The notes beneath the pieces are model-generated. The model made no database searches and was not told where the DNA came from. It saw only the letters and a list, made by a program, of their open reading frames with translations. From assembly GCA_022651385.1 (NCBI GenBank), contig JALCQR010000003.1, positions 56,967 to 120,966 on the forward strand: a stretch of DNA of 64,000 bases. Reading direction: 5' to 3'. Positions 27,993-38,437 of this stretch are shown one piece after another. Numbering within the stretch: the stretch's first letter is position 1; each line of letters opens with the position of its first letter. This DNA comes from Clostridia bacterium. GTDB lineage: Bacteria; Bacillota; Clostridia; Lachnospirales; Anaerotignaceae. Position numbers and translations under genes: made by a program.

Positions 27993-29153
27993 ATGAAAAA
28001 CAGTTTTTTAGCGGATTATTTAAGCAAAATTATTGATGTCAGCTTTACACTTGAGGAAGACGGCTCAAAAGTTAAAATTGGTCATGATGAGCCTCTCTTT
28101 AATGTATCAATAAAAAATCCAATTAGCAAAACCGAGCTGCTTAAAAGTACATCGCTTGCTTTGGGAGAAGCGTATATGAGAGGCGATATAGAACTTGACA
28201 AAGATTTGTATTACGTATTAAATCTTTTTCTTGCAAATATAGGAAAATTCAGTTCTGACAAAAATGCGCTTAAAAAAATAATCCAGACATCTGTTTCAAA
28301 GGCAAATCAGAAAAAAGAAGTTTCCAGTCATTATGACATAGGCAATGATTTTTATAAACTGTGGCTGGATAAAAATATGACATATTCATGTGCCTACTTC
28401 AAGGATGAAACAAAAACTATTGATGAAGCTCAGGATGATAAACTTGAGCATATATTGAAAAAATTACAGCTGCAAAAAGGTATGACGCTCCTCGATATAG
28501 GCTGCGGCTGGGGTTCTCTTATTATTAAAGCCGCAAAAGAATACGGTGTTAAAAGTTTTGGCATTACATTAAGTGAAGAACAGAAAAAAGGCTGCGATGA
28601 AAAAATCAAAGCAGAAGGTCTTGAAGATATGGTAACTGTAAAGATAATGGATTACCGTGACCTTGAAGACAGCGGTCTTGTTTTTGACAGAGTTGTAAGC
28701 GTTGGCATGCTTGAGCATGTAGGACGAAAAAATTATGAGCTTTATTTAAAAAATGTACATAAAGTGCTGAAAGACGGCGGTCTTTTCCTTCTCCATTATA
28801 TAAGCGCTCTTGAAGAACATCCCGGCGATGCTTGGATTAAAAAATATATATTCCCGGGCGGAATGATACCAAGCCTTCGTGAAATAATAAATTTGCTTCC
28901 GGAGTTCAAATTTTACACTCTCGACGTTGAAAGCCTGAGACGCCATTATAACCGTACCCTGCTTTGCTGGAGAAAAAATTTTCTTGCACACAGAGCAGAA
29001 ATCGAAAAAAAGATGGGCATAGAATTTACAAGGATGTGGGACCTTTATCTGGCTTCATGTGCCGCAACATTTAATAACGGCATAGTCGACCTTCATCAGA
29101 TATTAATGTCAAAGGGCATAAACAATGACCTTCCAATGCTCAGAGTGGTATAA
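27993..29153 (+). CDS. cfa: cyclopropane-fatty-acyl-phospholipid synthase
   Basis: 386 aa with HYDIGNDFY, the LLDIGCGWG SAM-binding motif and a CMAS-family tail. Confidence 0.9.
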   Translation: MKNSFLADYLSKIIDVSFTLEEDGSKVKIGHDEPLFNVSIKNPISKTELLKSTSLALGEAYMRGDIELDKDLYYVLNLFLANIGKFSSDKNALKKIIQTSVSKANQKKEVSSHYDIGNDFYKLWLDKNMTYSCAYFKDETKTIDEAQDDKLEHILKKLQLQKGMTLLDIGCGWGSLIIKAAKEYGVKSFGITLSEEQKKGCDEKIKAEGLEDMVTVKIMDYRDLEDSGLVFDRVVSVGMLEHVGRKNYELYLKNVHKVLKDGGLFLLHYISALEEHPGDAWIKKYIFPGGMIPSLREIINLLPEFKFYTLDVESLRRHYNRTLLCWRKNFLAHRAEIEKKMGIEFTRMWDLYLASCAATFNNGIVDLHQILMSKGINNDLPMLRVV

Positions 29154-29163
29154 AAAATTAATG

Positions 29164-29192
29164 GCTGTGTCTTTTATGGCACAGCTTTTTTT
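29164..29192 (+). terminator. intrinsic terminator after cfa
   Basis: GCTGTGTC-TTTTAT-GGCACAGC followed by TTTTTTT. Confidence 0.65.
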
Positions 29193-29312
29193 ATAATATA
29201 AAACAGTTTTATGTTTTTATCTATGTTTTACCAAAATTTTCATGTTTTGTTTTACAACTTAATACAGATGCTATATAATTGTTAATATTCAACAGCACTG
29301 GGAGGTCTTAAA

Positions 29313-30434
29313 ATGGATAAAAAGAAAATTGCGGTTCTTACAGGCGGAGGAGATGCTCCGGGGCTTAATGCCGTTATCTATACTTTAACAAAAACTTGTA
29401 TACTTAAATACGGGTATGAATTAATCGGCTATAAATTCGGATACAGAGGCCTTTATACAAATGATTTTATGCCGCTTACACTGGAAAACACAACAGGTAT
29501 ACTTCATAAGGGCGGCTCTATTTTGTACAGCTCAAATAAGGACAATCTTTTCGATTATAAAGTCAAGGACGAAAACGGAAATGTAATAAGAAAAGATGTA
29601 TCGGATGTAGCAATAGCCAATTTAAAAAAAGAAGGCGTTGACGCTCTTTGTATCCTCGGCGGCGACGGAACTCTCACAAGTGCCCGTGATTTTGCCAGAA
29701 AAGGCGTAAATGTAGTAGGTGTTCCAAAAACCATTGACAATGACCTTGCGGCAACCGACCGTACATTTGGTTTTAACACAGCCGTAAATATTGTTACCGA
29801 GGCTTTGGGCAGGCTTCATACAACAGCCGAAAGCCATCACAGAGTAATAGTTGTAGAGGTTATGGGAAGAAATGCCGGCTGGATTGCGCTTTACGGAGGT
29901 ATTGCCGGTTCCGCCGATGTAATCCTTATACCTGAAATACCATATACTCTTGATAATATCATACAGAAAATACATGAGCGTGACAGCAGAGGAAAATTAT
30001 TTACTATAATTGTTGTTTCTGAAGGTGCAATGGAGCTTGGCGGAACTGTTACGGTAAATAAAATTGTAAAAGACAGTCCTGACCCTATCCGTCTCGGAGG
30101 CATAGCAAATAAGCTCACATATCAGCTTGAAAAGCTTTTAGGCGAAGAACATGAGGTGCGTCCTGTAGTGCTTGGTCATACTCAGCGAGGCGGAGAAACA
30201 TCACCTTATGACAGAATACTTTCAGCCCGTTTCGGCTCATATGCAGCGAAAATGATACATGAGGAAAAGTACGGCAATATGGTTTGCCTTGACCATAGTG
30301 TAATAAGTTATGTTCCTCTTGAAAAAGTTGTAGGCTCACAGAAAAAAATAAATCCTGAAACAGATGAGCTTGTGGAAGTTGCAAGAGATTTGGGAGTTTC
30401 ATTCGGCGACAGACCTGTAATAAGAAAAAAATAA
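29313..30434 (+). CDS. pfkA: 6-phosphofructokinase (PfkA family)
   Basis: Motifs LTGGGDAPGLNAVI, ILGGDGT, PKTIDNDL, VMGRNAGW and LGHTQRGG. Confidence 0.9.
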   Translation: MDKKKIAVLTGGGDAPGLNAVIYTLTKTCILKYGYELIGYKFGYRGLYTNDFMPLTLENTTGILHKGGSILYSSNKDNLFDYKVKDENGNVIRKDVSDVAIANLKKEGVDALCILGGDGTLTSARDFARKGVNVVGVPKTIDNDLAATDRTFGFNTAVNIVTEALGRLHTTAESHHRVIVVEVMGRNAGWIALYGGIAGSADVILIPEIPYTLDNIIQKIHERDSRGKLFTIIVVSEGAMELGGTVTVNKIVKDSPDPIRLGGIANKLTYQLEKLLGEEHEVRPVVLGHTQRGGETSPYDRILSARFGSYAAKMIHEEKYGNMVCLDHSVISYVPLEKVVGSQKKINPETDELVEVARDLGVSFGDRPVIRKK

Positions 30435-30440
30435 ACAACA

Positions 30441-30470
30441 GCGGCTCAATTCTTTGGGCCGCATTATTTT
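30441..30470 (+). terminator. hairpin terminator after pfkA
   Basis: GCGGCTC-loop-GGGCCGC followed by ATTATTTT. Confidence 0.5.
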
Positions 30471-30485
30471 AAAGAAAGGCATTAT

Positions 30486-31355
30486 ATGGAAATAAAATTA
30501 AATATGTTTCAGCTTAAATTAATTGCCGCTATCTCAATGGTTATAGACCATACGGCAGTAATGCTCGGTACAGACTTTATGTATTATATGCCTATGCGTA
30601 CAATAGGACGTATCTCCTACCCTATTTTTGCTTTTCTTGTAGCAAACGGCTGGAATAAAACCCATGACAAAACTGCTTATATATCAAGAATGATGGCTTT
30701 TGCCGCAGTCTCGGAAATTCCGCACCTTCTTTTATTTGGCTTTGAAAAAAATGCCGGTCTGTTTAATCATGTTGTATTTTTTACATTGCTTTATTTATTA
30801 GTTTTTATTTGTTTATTGTTGTATTTTGCCGTAAATGAAAAGCAGAATAAAATCACATATATAAGTTTTTCAGCCTTTTATTTTTTTATGCCGTTTTTTA
30901 CTGGCAGAAGAAATGTATTATATACTTTCACATACTCAATGTTTATTATGGCTTTTATCGATAGTATAAAAAAAGTACCGTATATTAATATTGAAAAAGG
31001 TAAAATACCTATACTTTCTGTTATAAATAAAAATAATATAATTCTTATTCCGCTTATGCTTGCCCCAACGCTAATTTCAGGAGAATATGGTTTTATGGGT
31101 GCTTTGCTTATAGTTTTATTAAGTAAAAGCATAAATAAAAATAACGCTTTTTCCGCATTTTTCATTGTTTTGTGGGCATTAAATGAGTATATCATAAACC
31201 TTTCAAGCATAACATTTTTTATTCCTGTTTTGTTGTCAGCAATGCTATGCTTATTATATAACGGCAAAAAAGGCAGCGATAAAAAATATGTCTTTTATGT
31301 CTTTTATCCTCTGCATCTTTTTATACTGGGAATCATGCGGATTTTCTGTTTTTAA
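30486..31355 (+). CDS. TraX-family membrane protein
   Basis: LKLIAAISMVIDHTAVML N-terminus, polytopic, 289 aa. Confidence 0.72.
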   Translation: MEIKLNMFQLKLIAAISMVIDHTAVMLGTDFMYYMPMRTIGRISYPIFAFLVANGWNKTHDKTAYISRMMAFAAVSEIPHLLLFGFEKNAGLFNHVVFFTLLYLLVFICLLLYFAVNEKQNKITYISFSAFYFFMPFFTGRRNVLYTFTYSMFIMAFIDSIKKVPYINIEKGKIPILSVINKNNIILIPLMLAPTLISGEYGFMGALLIVLLSKSINKNNAFSAFFIVLWALNEYIINLSSITFFIPVLLSAMLCLLYNGKKGSDKKYVFYVFYPLHLFILGIMRIFCF

Positions 31356-31935
31356 GTATTTTGAACACAATCATTAAACATATCAAAATAAAAATTAAAT
31401 TAACAAGATTTTTGTGGTCTTCGAAAAAAATCGTAAAATCTTCCCAATGTTCACCAAGCATATATCCAATGCTTATAAGCACGGTATTCCAAACCAATGC
31501 TCCCAAAACTGAATACACAATAAATGTTGTGTACGACATACTGCTCATTCCGGCCGGAAAAGATATGTATGTCCTGCTTATTGGAAACAGACGGAATATA
31601 AAAACGGAAAAACTGCCGTATTTTTTAAATTTGCTTTCGGACTTTTTAATACCGTTTTTTATTCCTATACTTTTGCCTGAGAGCTTATCAATCACGCGTC
31701 TTCCAAACCTACCGGCAAAAAAACACGCCGAACATCCTAAGACGGCTCCTAAAAGAGATACTCCAATACATTTTGACAAACTCATTGTGCCGTTATAGAC
31801 ACAGCAGCCAATAAACGGAAGCAAAATTTCGCTTGAAACAGGAAAGCAGGCATATTCAAGGGTAGTTGAAAAAAACACTCCAAAATACCCGAATTTATTT
31901 ACAAACGACATTAAAATTAAAATCAAATCAGCCAA
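31333..31935 (-). CDS. DedA/SNARE-associated family membrane protein
   Basis: 200 aa with FGYFGVFFSTTLEYACFPVSSEILLPFIG. The 3' end converges on and overlaps the TraX gene. Confidence 0.8.
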   Translation of the reverse strand: MADLILILMSFVNKFGYFGVFFSTTLEYACFPVSSEILLPFIGCCVYNGTMSLSKCIGVSLLGAVLGCSACFFAGRFGRRVIDKLSGKSIGIKNGIKKSESKFKKYGSFSVFIFRLFPISRTYISFPAGMSSMSYTTFIVYSVLGALVWNTVLISIGYMLGEHWEDFTIFFEDHKNLVNLIFILICLMIVFKILKNRKSA

Positions 31936-31991
31936 AACATCATCTTCTAAACTTTTGTATAGAAAAGGATATGCTGTTTTGGCTGATTTGA

Positions 31992-33515
31992 TTACTGAAT
32001 AGAATATTTTCTGTCAAGACTTCTGTACTGTATTACTTCAAGCAGGTGTTTTGATGTTATATTTTCACTGCCTTCAAGGTCCGCAACTGTACGTGCCGTT
32101 TTAAGTATTTTGTGATATCCTCTGGCACTTAACCCAAGACGGTCAAAAGCCATTTTTATAATTTCTTTTTCTTTGCTTTCCAATGCACAGTACTTTTCAA
32201 TTAAAGGCGGCGTAAGCTGTGAATTAAACTGTATGCCGTCGTTTTTATAACGCTCAAGCTGTATGTTGTGCGCTTTTATAACACGTTTTCTTATTTCTTC
32301 AGATGACTCCTCTTTTTTACTGCTTTCAAGGTCATCATACTTTATCGCCGATACTTCAACCTGAATATCAATTCTGTCAAGCAGCGGGCCTGATATTTTT
32401 CCTCTGTATTTTGCAATTTCGTTCTGAGTGCACCTGCATTTGTCGCCGTCGCCAAAGTATCCGCACGGACACGGATTCATAGCAGCCACAAGCATAAAAT
32501 CTGCCGGATATGTAATAGTGGAATTAACCCTTGCTATTGTTACAGTTCTTTCCTCCATTGGCTGACGCAGTATTTCGAGGGCGTTTCTCTGAAACTCGGG
32601 AAGCTCATCAAGAAAAAGAATGCCTTTATGCGAAAGCGATATTTCACCCGGTTTTGGTATTCTTCCGCCTCCGGTAAGCGCGGCCGCCGATATTGTGTGA
32701 TGCGGAGAACGAAACGGCCGGCTTTTTATAAGAGAAGAATTATTCCTTAAAAGTCCGGCAACAGAATAAATCTTTGTAATCTCTATGCTTTCCTCAAAAG
32801 TAAGCTCCGGCATAATTGTAGGAAGCCTTTTTGCAAGCATGGTTTTTCCGGAGCCCGGAGGCCCTATCATAAGTATATTATGATACCCTGCAGCGGCTAT
32901 TTCCATTGCACGCTTTACGTTTTCCTGACCTTTTACGTCGGAAAAATCAAAAGTGTTTTCATCCTCATTAGTTATTTCTTTTTCGTCTGCTTTAAAAGCC
33001 TTATCCGGAGATTTAAAAAACTCGACAAGTTTTGTAATATTTTTTATAGGATATATTTCTGCTTCTTTTGCCAGAGCCGCCTCATACCTGTTTTCAACAG
33101 GCACAATAAACTTTTTTATGCCGTTTTGATAAGCACTGTATACCATAGGCAAAACTCCGTTTACACTTTTAATAGTTCCGTCAAGAGACAGTTCGCCTAT
33201 AAGCATAAAATCCGATATTTTTTTCTGTGCTATAATCCCACTGCAAACCAATATTCCCGCCGCTATAGGCAGGTCAAAAAGAGGCCCTTCTTTTTTTATG
33301 TCAGCCGGCGCAAGATTTACTGTAATACGTTTTACCGGAAAATCAAGGCCACTGTTTTTTATTGCCGTACGTACCCTTTCCCTTGATTCCTTTACAGCAG
33401 AATCAGGAAGGCCAACTATATCAAATGCCGGAAGTCCGTTGCTTATATCAGTCTCAACATTTACTGTAAATCCGTCAACACCGGCAATAGAACTGCTTTT
33501 TATAATTGATACCAT
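31992..33515 (-). CDS. comM: YifB/ComM-family Mg-chelatase-like AAA+ protein
   Basis: 507 aa. Lon-like N-terminal domain, Walker A GPPGSGKT, Walker B LFLDELPEF, and a Cys cluster (CPCGYFGDGDKCRC). Confidence 0.9.
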   Translation of the reverse strand: MVSIIKSSSIAGVDGFTVNVETDISNGLPAFDIVGLPDSAVKESRERVRTAIKNSGLDFPVKRITVNLAPADIKKEGPLFDLPIAAGILVCSGIIAQKKISDFMLIGELSLDGTIKSVNGVLPMVYSAYQNGIKKFIVPVENRYEAALAKEAEIYPIKNITKLVEFFKSPDKAFKADEKEITNEDENTFDFSDVKGQENVKRAMEIAAAGYHNILMIGPPGSGKTMLAKRLPTIMPELTFEESIEITKIYSVAGLLRNNSSLIKSRPFRSPHHTISAAALTGGGRIPKPGEISLSHKGILFLDELPEFQRNALEILRQPMEERTVTIARVNSTITYPADFMLVAAMNPCPCGYFGDGDKCRCTQNEIAKYRGKISGPLLDRIDIQVEVSAIKYDDLESSKKEESSEEIRKRVIKAHNIQLERYKNDGIQFNSQLTPPLIEKYCALESKEKEIIKMAFDRLGLSARGYHKILKTARTVADLEGSENITSKHLLEVIQYRSLDRKYSIQ

Positions 33516-33645
33516 ATTAATCCCACCTGTAATAATGTTATGCTTTTTGATGAAGCCCAGTCATTTAAGTTATGTTTTTAGAACTCAAAGATAAAGACTA
33601 TAAAACTATAACCAGTTTATCACAAAACGGAATTATTTTAAACTT

Positions 33646-35970
33646 CTACTGTATCATTTGTTTAACTTTGGCACCGTTATAATAATATTTTATAATGTCT
33701 TCCATCTTAAATCCATCGTCGCTCATTCCTTTTACACCATTTTGGCTCATTCCGCAACCATGCCCTATTCCGCCGCCTACAAGTACGAAATTTTTATTGT
33801 TTGCATCTTGCCAAGTTTCTATAGCAAAAAAGGCACTCGGCAAAATACTGTAATTTTTAAGCACAGTGCCGTCTTTCAAATTAAGATTTACAGTGTCTCC
33901 GCCGTATCCCTTAGGTCTTAAAAGGCAGCGTATATTGTACTCTGTGTAAACAGTAATATCTTTGTTGTCAAATATAAGTTTAAGAGCCATAACATTTCCG
34001 CCATGTCCTCTTTTTGTAATTTCCATGTCTTTCAAATGCCCTGCAGATGACAAAAAATCTGAGCATTTTTCAGGGAGATTATAATTACCGTTAATTGTCC
34101 TGTTTTTGTCGTAAATTCCAGGAAGATTGTTTTTAACTGTGTTTTCAAGCTGAGAGAGGCTAAAAGTTACATTCCATCTAAACCATTTCGACCATGAATC
34201 ATAACTTTTGGTATTTGTGTCCTCAAAATAAGAAAGTGCTGCATTTTCCGACGTAAAATCCACATTATCATCATTTCTGTAAGAAAGGTATGGTTTCGTA
34301 TCCGATGGGAAAGTGCCGTTTTTTGCCCATACCTCACATGACGATGCTCCTGTTCCGCATGAAGAAGCATAGAAATTTGCGCTTACTACTTCATCATTAT
34401 AACAAATGCACGTTCCTTTTGTTACGTCGGCAGCTTCGTCTGATGTCTCGTTTTCCAAAGAGCTGTTATAAACCTGACACATAACCGTATCGTCGCAGTT
34501 TGCACCATAATTTAAATATTCGTTTGAATAAAACTCGTTATATCCGTAGCTTCTGGCACACACAGCCTGCACTTTAGCAGCTTCACTGCCGTAGCCCGAG
34601 GGCATTTCGCTTGGTATTACACCTTTAACATAATCCTCAAAGTTTACTTCATTTATTACAAGATAGCCGTTGTCTGTTTTTTCAATATCAAATTCACCGT
34701 AAAAGTCCTTTGAGGCTCTGTTTCTGTCATCACAATCCAATGTGATTTTGCCGGATACCGGAACTAATGTCACGCGCCCCGAAGAACATATATCGCTGTC
34801 AGACATATCAAGTTTATTTACTGTGTTAACCTTCGTCCCCGCTTTATATATGTCAATTCCGGAAGTATCTGTAAAAATCACATTGTCGTGAAAATATCCG
34901 TTGTCACTGCTTATTATTACACGCATTTTTTCCGGCTGATATTTTTCAGATATTAAAGCCGCCGATATTTTTCCGTTTTTTAAATAAAAATCATAATTGC
35001 AGCCTGAAATCAATTCTGAAATCGAAGCTGTCTTTGCTCCGTTATATGTACTTACGGCATTAAAGCATTCGTCTTTATTAATATTTCCTTTGTTTTCAAA
35101 CTCGAATTTGCTTCCATCAAAAGAAATTATCCGGTCTGTTATTTTTTCAGATACAGGCTGCATATTTTGAATTTCTCCGCTGTCAACAGTAATATCATAA
35201 AACCCAGTTTCAGAATACGACGGATTTTCAAACTGCCGAGTACCATAATTTAATAAAAACTCGCAGTTATTTTCTCCGTTATTACACATATACACATTCT
35301 GAAAATCGGCAGTATCGCATTTTACATTATTTATTGCCGCAATCTCACCGTTTTTTATAAATACTTCTATTGTCTTGTCAATACAAAAGTCTATATTTAT
35401 TCCGCTGTGGTCAAGAACACCGATGCTTGTAGCCGTTTTATAGGCATCCATACCGCCTGTTTCAGCCGTTGCAAAAATACTTATATCTTTTCTTTCTATT
35501 CCATGCTGTTTAAGGTCTATTCCTCCAAAAAGCATGTCAAGCCAAAGCCTCAATGATATAGCTTCGTCACTGTTTTTTATGTTCTTCCCTGTTTTAATGC
35601 CAACATGTTTGCATATTTCCTGAGCCTGTCCATAGCTAAGCGGTTCATCAGGATTAAAATTTTGGCCGTCACCACTCATTATTTTGTCACGGCATACGGC
35701 ATTTACATATTTGTCGTACCAGTTTCCCCTTCCAATGTCATCAAGGCCGCAGTATGCAGCATTTTCAATATCGTCAGAAAAAACCACAGCAAGCATTTTT
35801 GCCGCAGTAGCACGAGTTACACACAAATTAAAATAACTGTTATCACTGCTTTCATTTGCGCTTTGTGCACCCTTGTCATTATTTTCTATAATGATATTTT
35901 TGTTTTCACCGCTTTGACATCCGCATAAAATAAACACTAAACATAAAAAAATAAGGTATATCCTTTTCAT
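33646..35970 (-). CDS. SpoIID/LytB-domain lipoprotein with a long N-terminal extension
   Basis: 774 aa. Lipobox LCGC, SLH-like N-terminal segment, SpoIID signature (AAKVQAVCARSYGY ... GHGCGMSQNG). Confidence 0.8.
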   Translation of the reverse strand: MKRIYLIFLCLVFILCGCQSGENKNIIIENNDKGAQSANESSDNSYFNLCVTRATAAKMLAVVFSDDIENAAYCGLDDIGRGNWYDKYVNAVCRDKIMSGDGQNFNPDEPLSYGQAQEICKHVGIKTGKNIKNSDEAISLRLWLDMLFGGIDLKQHGIERKDISIFATAETGGMDAYKTATSIGVLDHSGINIDFCIDKTIEVFIKNGEIAAINNVKCDTADFQNVYMCNNGENNCEFLLNYGTRQFENPSYSETGFYDITVDSGEIQNMQPVSEKITDRIISFDGSKFEFENKGNINKDECFNAVSTYNGAKTASISELISGCNYDFYLKNGKISAALISEKYQPEKMRVIISSDNGYFHDNVIFTDTSGIDIYKAGTKVNTVNKLDMSDSDICSSGRVTLVPVSGKITLDCDDRNRASKDFYGEFDIEKTDNGYLVINEVNFEDYVKGVIPSEMPSGYGSEAAKVQAVCARSYGYNEFYSNEYLNYGANCDDTVMCQVYNSSLENETSDEAADVTKGTCICYNDEVVSANFYASSCGTGASSCEVWAKNGTFPSDTKPYLSYRNDDNVDFTSENAALSYFEDTNTKSYDSWSKWFRWNVTFSLSQLENTVKNNLPGIYDKNRTINGNYNLPEKCSDFLSSAGHLKDMEITKRGHGGNVMALKLIFDNKDITVYTEYNIRCLLRPKGYGGDTVNLNLKDGTVLKNYSILPSAFFAIETWQDANNKNFVLVGGGIGHGCGMSQNGVKGMSDDGFKMEDIIKYYYNGAKVKQMIQ

Positions 35971-36201
35971 ATATATCCCTCCTAATATATATAATATGGA
36001 TACATTTGTAAATTATTTTCGAATAAATATGTATCCTTTTACAAATTCAGCATAACTGTAAATCCCTTGAAATATATGATATATTTATATGTTGTTAGTC
36101 CTTGTTTTATTATTTGCAATATTCATTACAAACTGCAAAATTGATATTAAAAATATAAATTGCGTACAAAATGCAGACAATTTTTGATTAAAAATACTAA
36201 T

Positions 36202-36231
36202 AAAAGGACTATTCATTTGAATAGTCCTTTT
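36202..36231 (-). terminator. bidirectional hairpin terminator ending the ATPase-HEPN cassette
   Basis: AAAAGGACTATTC-ATTT-GAATAGTCCTTTT, a 13-bp perfect stem, flanked by T/A runs. Confidence 0.65.
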
Positions 36232-36414
36232 ATAATTTTTTAGTAATCACAATACTTACTGTTTTAAATCATAATTTTTCGGCTGCTTTTGTAACATATG
36301 CAACACAAAATTTAACGGTCAGTGTGTGCCACTCGAAAGAATGATTATTTTAATTTAAAATATATGTAAAAGTGCTCTAATATTTTTCAAAATTGTATTA
36401 AGGGCAACTTAATA

Positions 36415-37137
36415 TTAATTTTGTTGTCCTGCCTTAATTAGCGTTACTTTATTAATTGCATTAACTATTTTTTCAAAATCTTTCACAAAGTCTTTTACTA
36501 AGTCTTTTGAAATTTCATTTCTCTTTGCATTAGCATGCTCTCTGTCTGATTGATGTGCAATTAAATTACGTCTATGATACAACTCATTAATTCTACGTTT
36601 TAATTTATCCATAGTTTTTTCATTTGCGCCTTGTACATAAAATGCTTCATTAGCAATCTCCATAATATTTATTCCTATAAGATTCATTTGAGCTTTGAAT
36701 GATTCAAAAGATGTCATAGTAACACCAGAATACATACCATTAATGAATTCTAAAAACCATTTTGAATCTTTTCCTGAACTTAAAGCCCCCTCGACAATAC
36801 TCATTTTCACTTCAATATTATTGTATTTATCTGTTTCTTTCCATCCAGGTGTTCCTTCAAATATTCCATATAGCCCAAATTTAGTGAGCTCATGCAAATA
36901 AAAATCGAAAGCGCTTTCTAAAAATACAACTTGTGAACGCCATATATCTTCTGCATTTTGTCGTTTATCCTCTAGAATTAGTTCTTGCGCAATATTAAAT
37001 TGATCTTTTATTGCTTTTATATTATCATCAAAATGTTGTTTAATTTCATCCAATTTAAACTTAACAACCTCGGATTTACTATTTTCTCTTGTATCTTCTG
37101 CTCTCCGATTCAGATCTAAATTTCTCTCATCGTTCAT
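36415..37137 (-). CDS. HEPN-like protein (Rx4H motif), partner of the upstream ATPase
   Basis: 240 aa, predicted all-helical by eye. C-proximal ELYHRRNLIAHQSDRE contains the R-x4-H HEPN signature. AGGTGA RBS. Starts 19 nt after the ATPase stop. Confidence 0.6.
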   Translation of the reverse strand: MNDERNLDLNRRAEDTRENSKSEVVKFKLDEIKQHFDDNIKAIKDQFNIAQELILEDKRQNAEDIWRSQVVFLESAFDFYLHELTKFGLYGIFEGTPGWKETDKYNNIEVKMSIVEGALSSGKDSKWFLEFINGMYSGVTMTSFESFKAQMNLIGINIMEIANEAFYVQGANEKTMDKLKRRINELYHRRNLIAHQSDREHANAKRNEISKDLVKDFVKDFEKIVNAINKVTLIKAGQQN

Positions 37138-37156
37138 ATGATTGTATTCACCTGAT

Positions 37157-38437
37157 TCAATTTATATCATTTATATCATTATTTAGCATGGGAATAGCAC
37201 CATATTTGCCAGATATATATTCCCTTTCTAAATTTTCTGTTTTTCTAACATTCTTAATTTCCACCAGAGAATATAAATTGGTCGAGCGTTCTTTATCTAA
37301 TTGGGTAAACCACACTTGGTCTCTTCTAAAGAGTTTTGAATCTAATAGATTTGTATCATGAGTAGAAAAAATTAATTGCGCAAACTGTTCCTGTCTAATA
37401 GTTTTAAATAATCGTATAATCTCATATACAATCGACTCATGAAGCCCTGTTTCAAATTCATCACATATTAATATTTTCCCATTATTTAATATATCAATAA
37501 TAGGACATATAATCTCAAATAATTTTTTTATTCCAGTTGATTCTTCTGTCATTAAATCTGTCTCAAATTGATCATATATAACTTTTGCTTCTATTTGATT
37601 TGTCTCCGGTGAAGATAAAATTATATTTTTAAGAATTTCTGGCATATCTTGTGGCAAATCCAGACTATTAGTTTTTACTTTTTGAATTTTTACTTTTATA
37701 TCTGAAATCCCAGTATCTAATTGTTTCATAATCTTAACAAATACACTTTTAACTTTTGGGTCATTTTGCATTAAGTTTATGGAATATTCTGTCCAAGTAT
37801 TATTATTAGGTCTGTAAACAATTATATCATTTTTAAAAAATAAAAAAGCATTTTCAATCTCTTTAATATTAGTAAAATTAGCTGCACATGTTAAAAACAA
37901 ACGATTTTCTTTTAATATACCTTTTAATACTCCTTCACTTATTTCAAATATCTTTTTAAATTTATCGCCAGGGTATATTTCCATTACGTCACGTTCAAAT
38001 ATTTTAACCTGCTTTCCATTAGGAAAATAGTATAAATATTCGTTATTTATTAAGTTCTTTATAATTGAAAAACCATATGCGTATCTAATATTATCTTTTA
38101 CAAATTGAATGCTATACTCACTTGGTGTATTAATATCATTCAATTTATGTGGCTTTTGTTTAATTACTTCCCCAGGTTGAAAAGTCATGCTTCTTGTAAC
38201 TAACGTTTTCATAAAGTCTATAGCACTTAAAAAATTACTTTTTCCAGACCCATTTGCGCCATAAATAACTGCATTTCTTAAAATTCTATAATTTCCAAAT
38301 TTTTTCAATTCATTTTCAAATGTATTATCCTTTCCAGCAATAGCAGAGAAAGTCACTTTATTTTTTATAGATTTATAATTTGAACATGAAAATTCCAGTA
38401 TCACATTTAGCACCATCCTTTTATCTTCTTTTTTCAT
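37157..38437 (-). CDS. ABC/SMC-like AAA ATPase (AAA_15/AAA_21-type)
   Basis: Walker A GANGSGKSN, Walker B ILICDEFETGLH, H-loop FSTHD. Start trimmed to MKKEDKR, 4 nt after GAGGAGGAG. Confidence 0.8.
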   Translation of the reverse strand: MKKEDKRMVLNVILEFSCSNYKSIKNKVTFSAIAGKDNTFENELKKFGNYRILRNAVIYGANGSGKSNFLSAIDFMKTLVTRSMTFQPGEVIKQKPHKLNDINTPSEYSIQFVKDNIRYAYGFSIIKNLINNEYLYYFPNGKQVKIFERDVMEIYPGDKFKKIFEISEGVLKGILKENRLFLTCAANFTNIKEIENAFLFFKNDIIVYRPNNNTWTEYSINLMQNDPKVKSVFVKIMKQLDTGISDIKVKIQKVKTNSLDLPQDMPEILKNIILSSPETNQIEAKVIYDQFETDLMTEESTGIKKLFEIICPIIDILNNGKILICDEFETGLHESIVYEIIRLFKTIRQEQFAQLIFSTHDTNLLDSKLFRRDQVWFTQLDKERSTNLYSLVEIKNVRKTENLEREYISGKYGAIPMLNNDINDIN

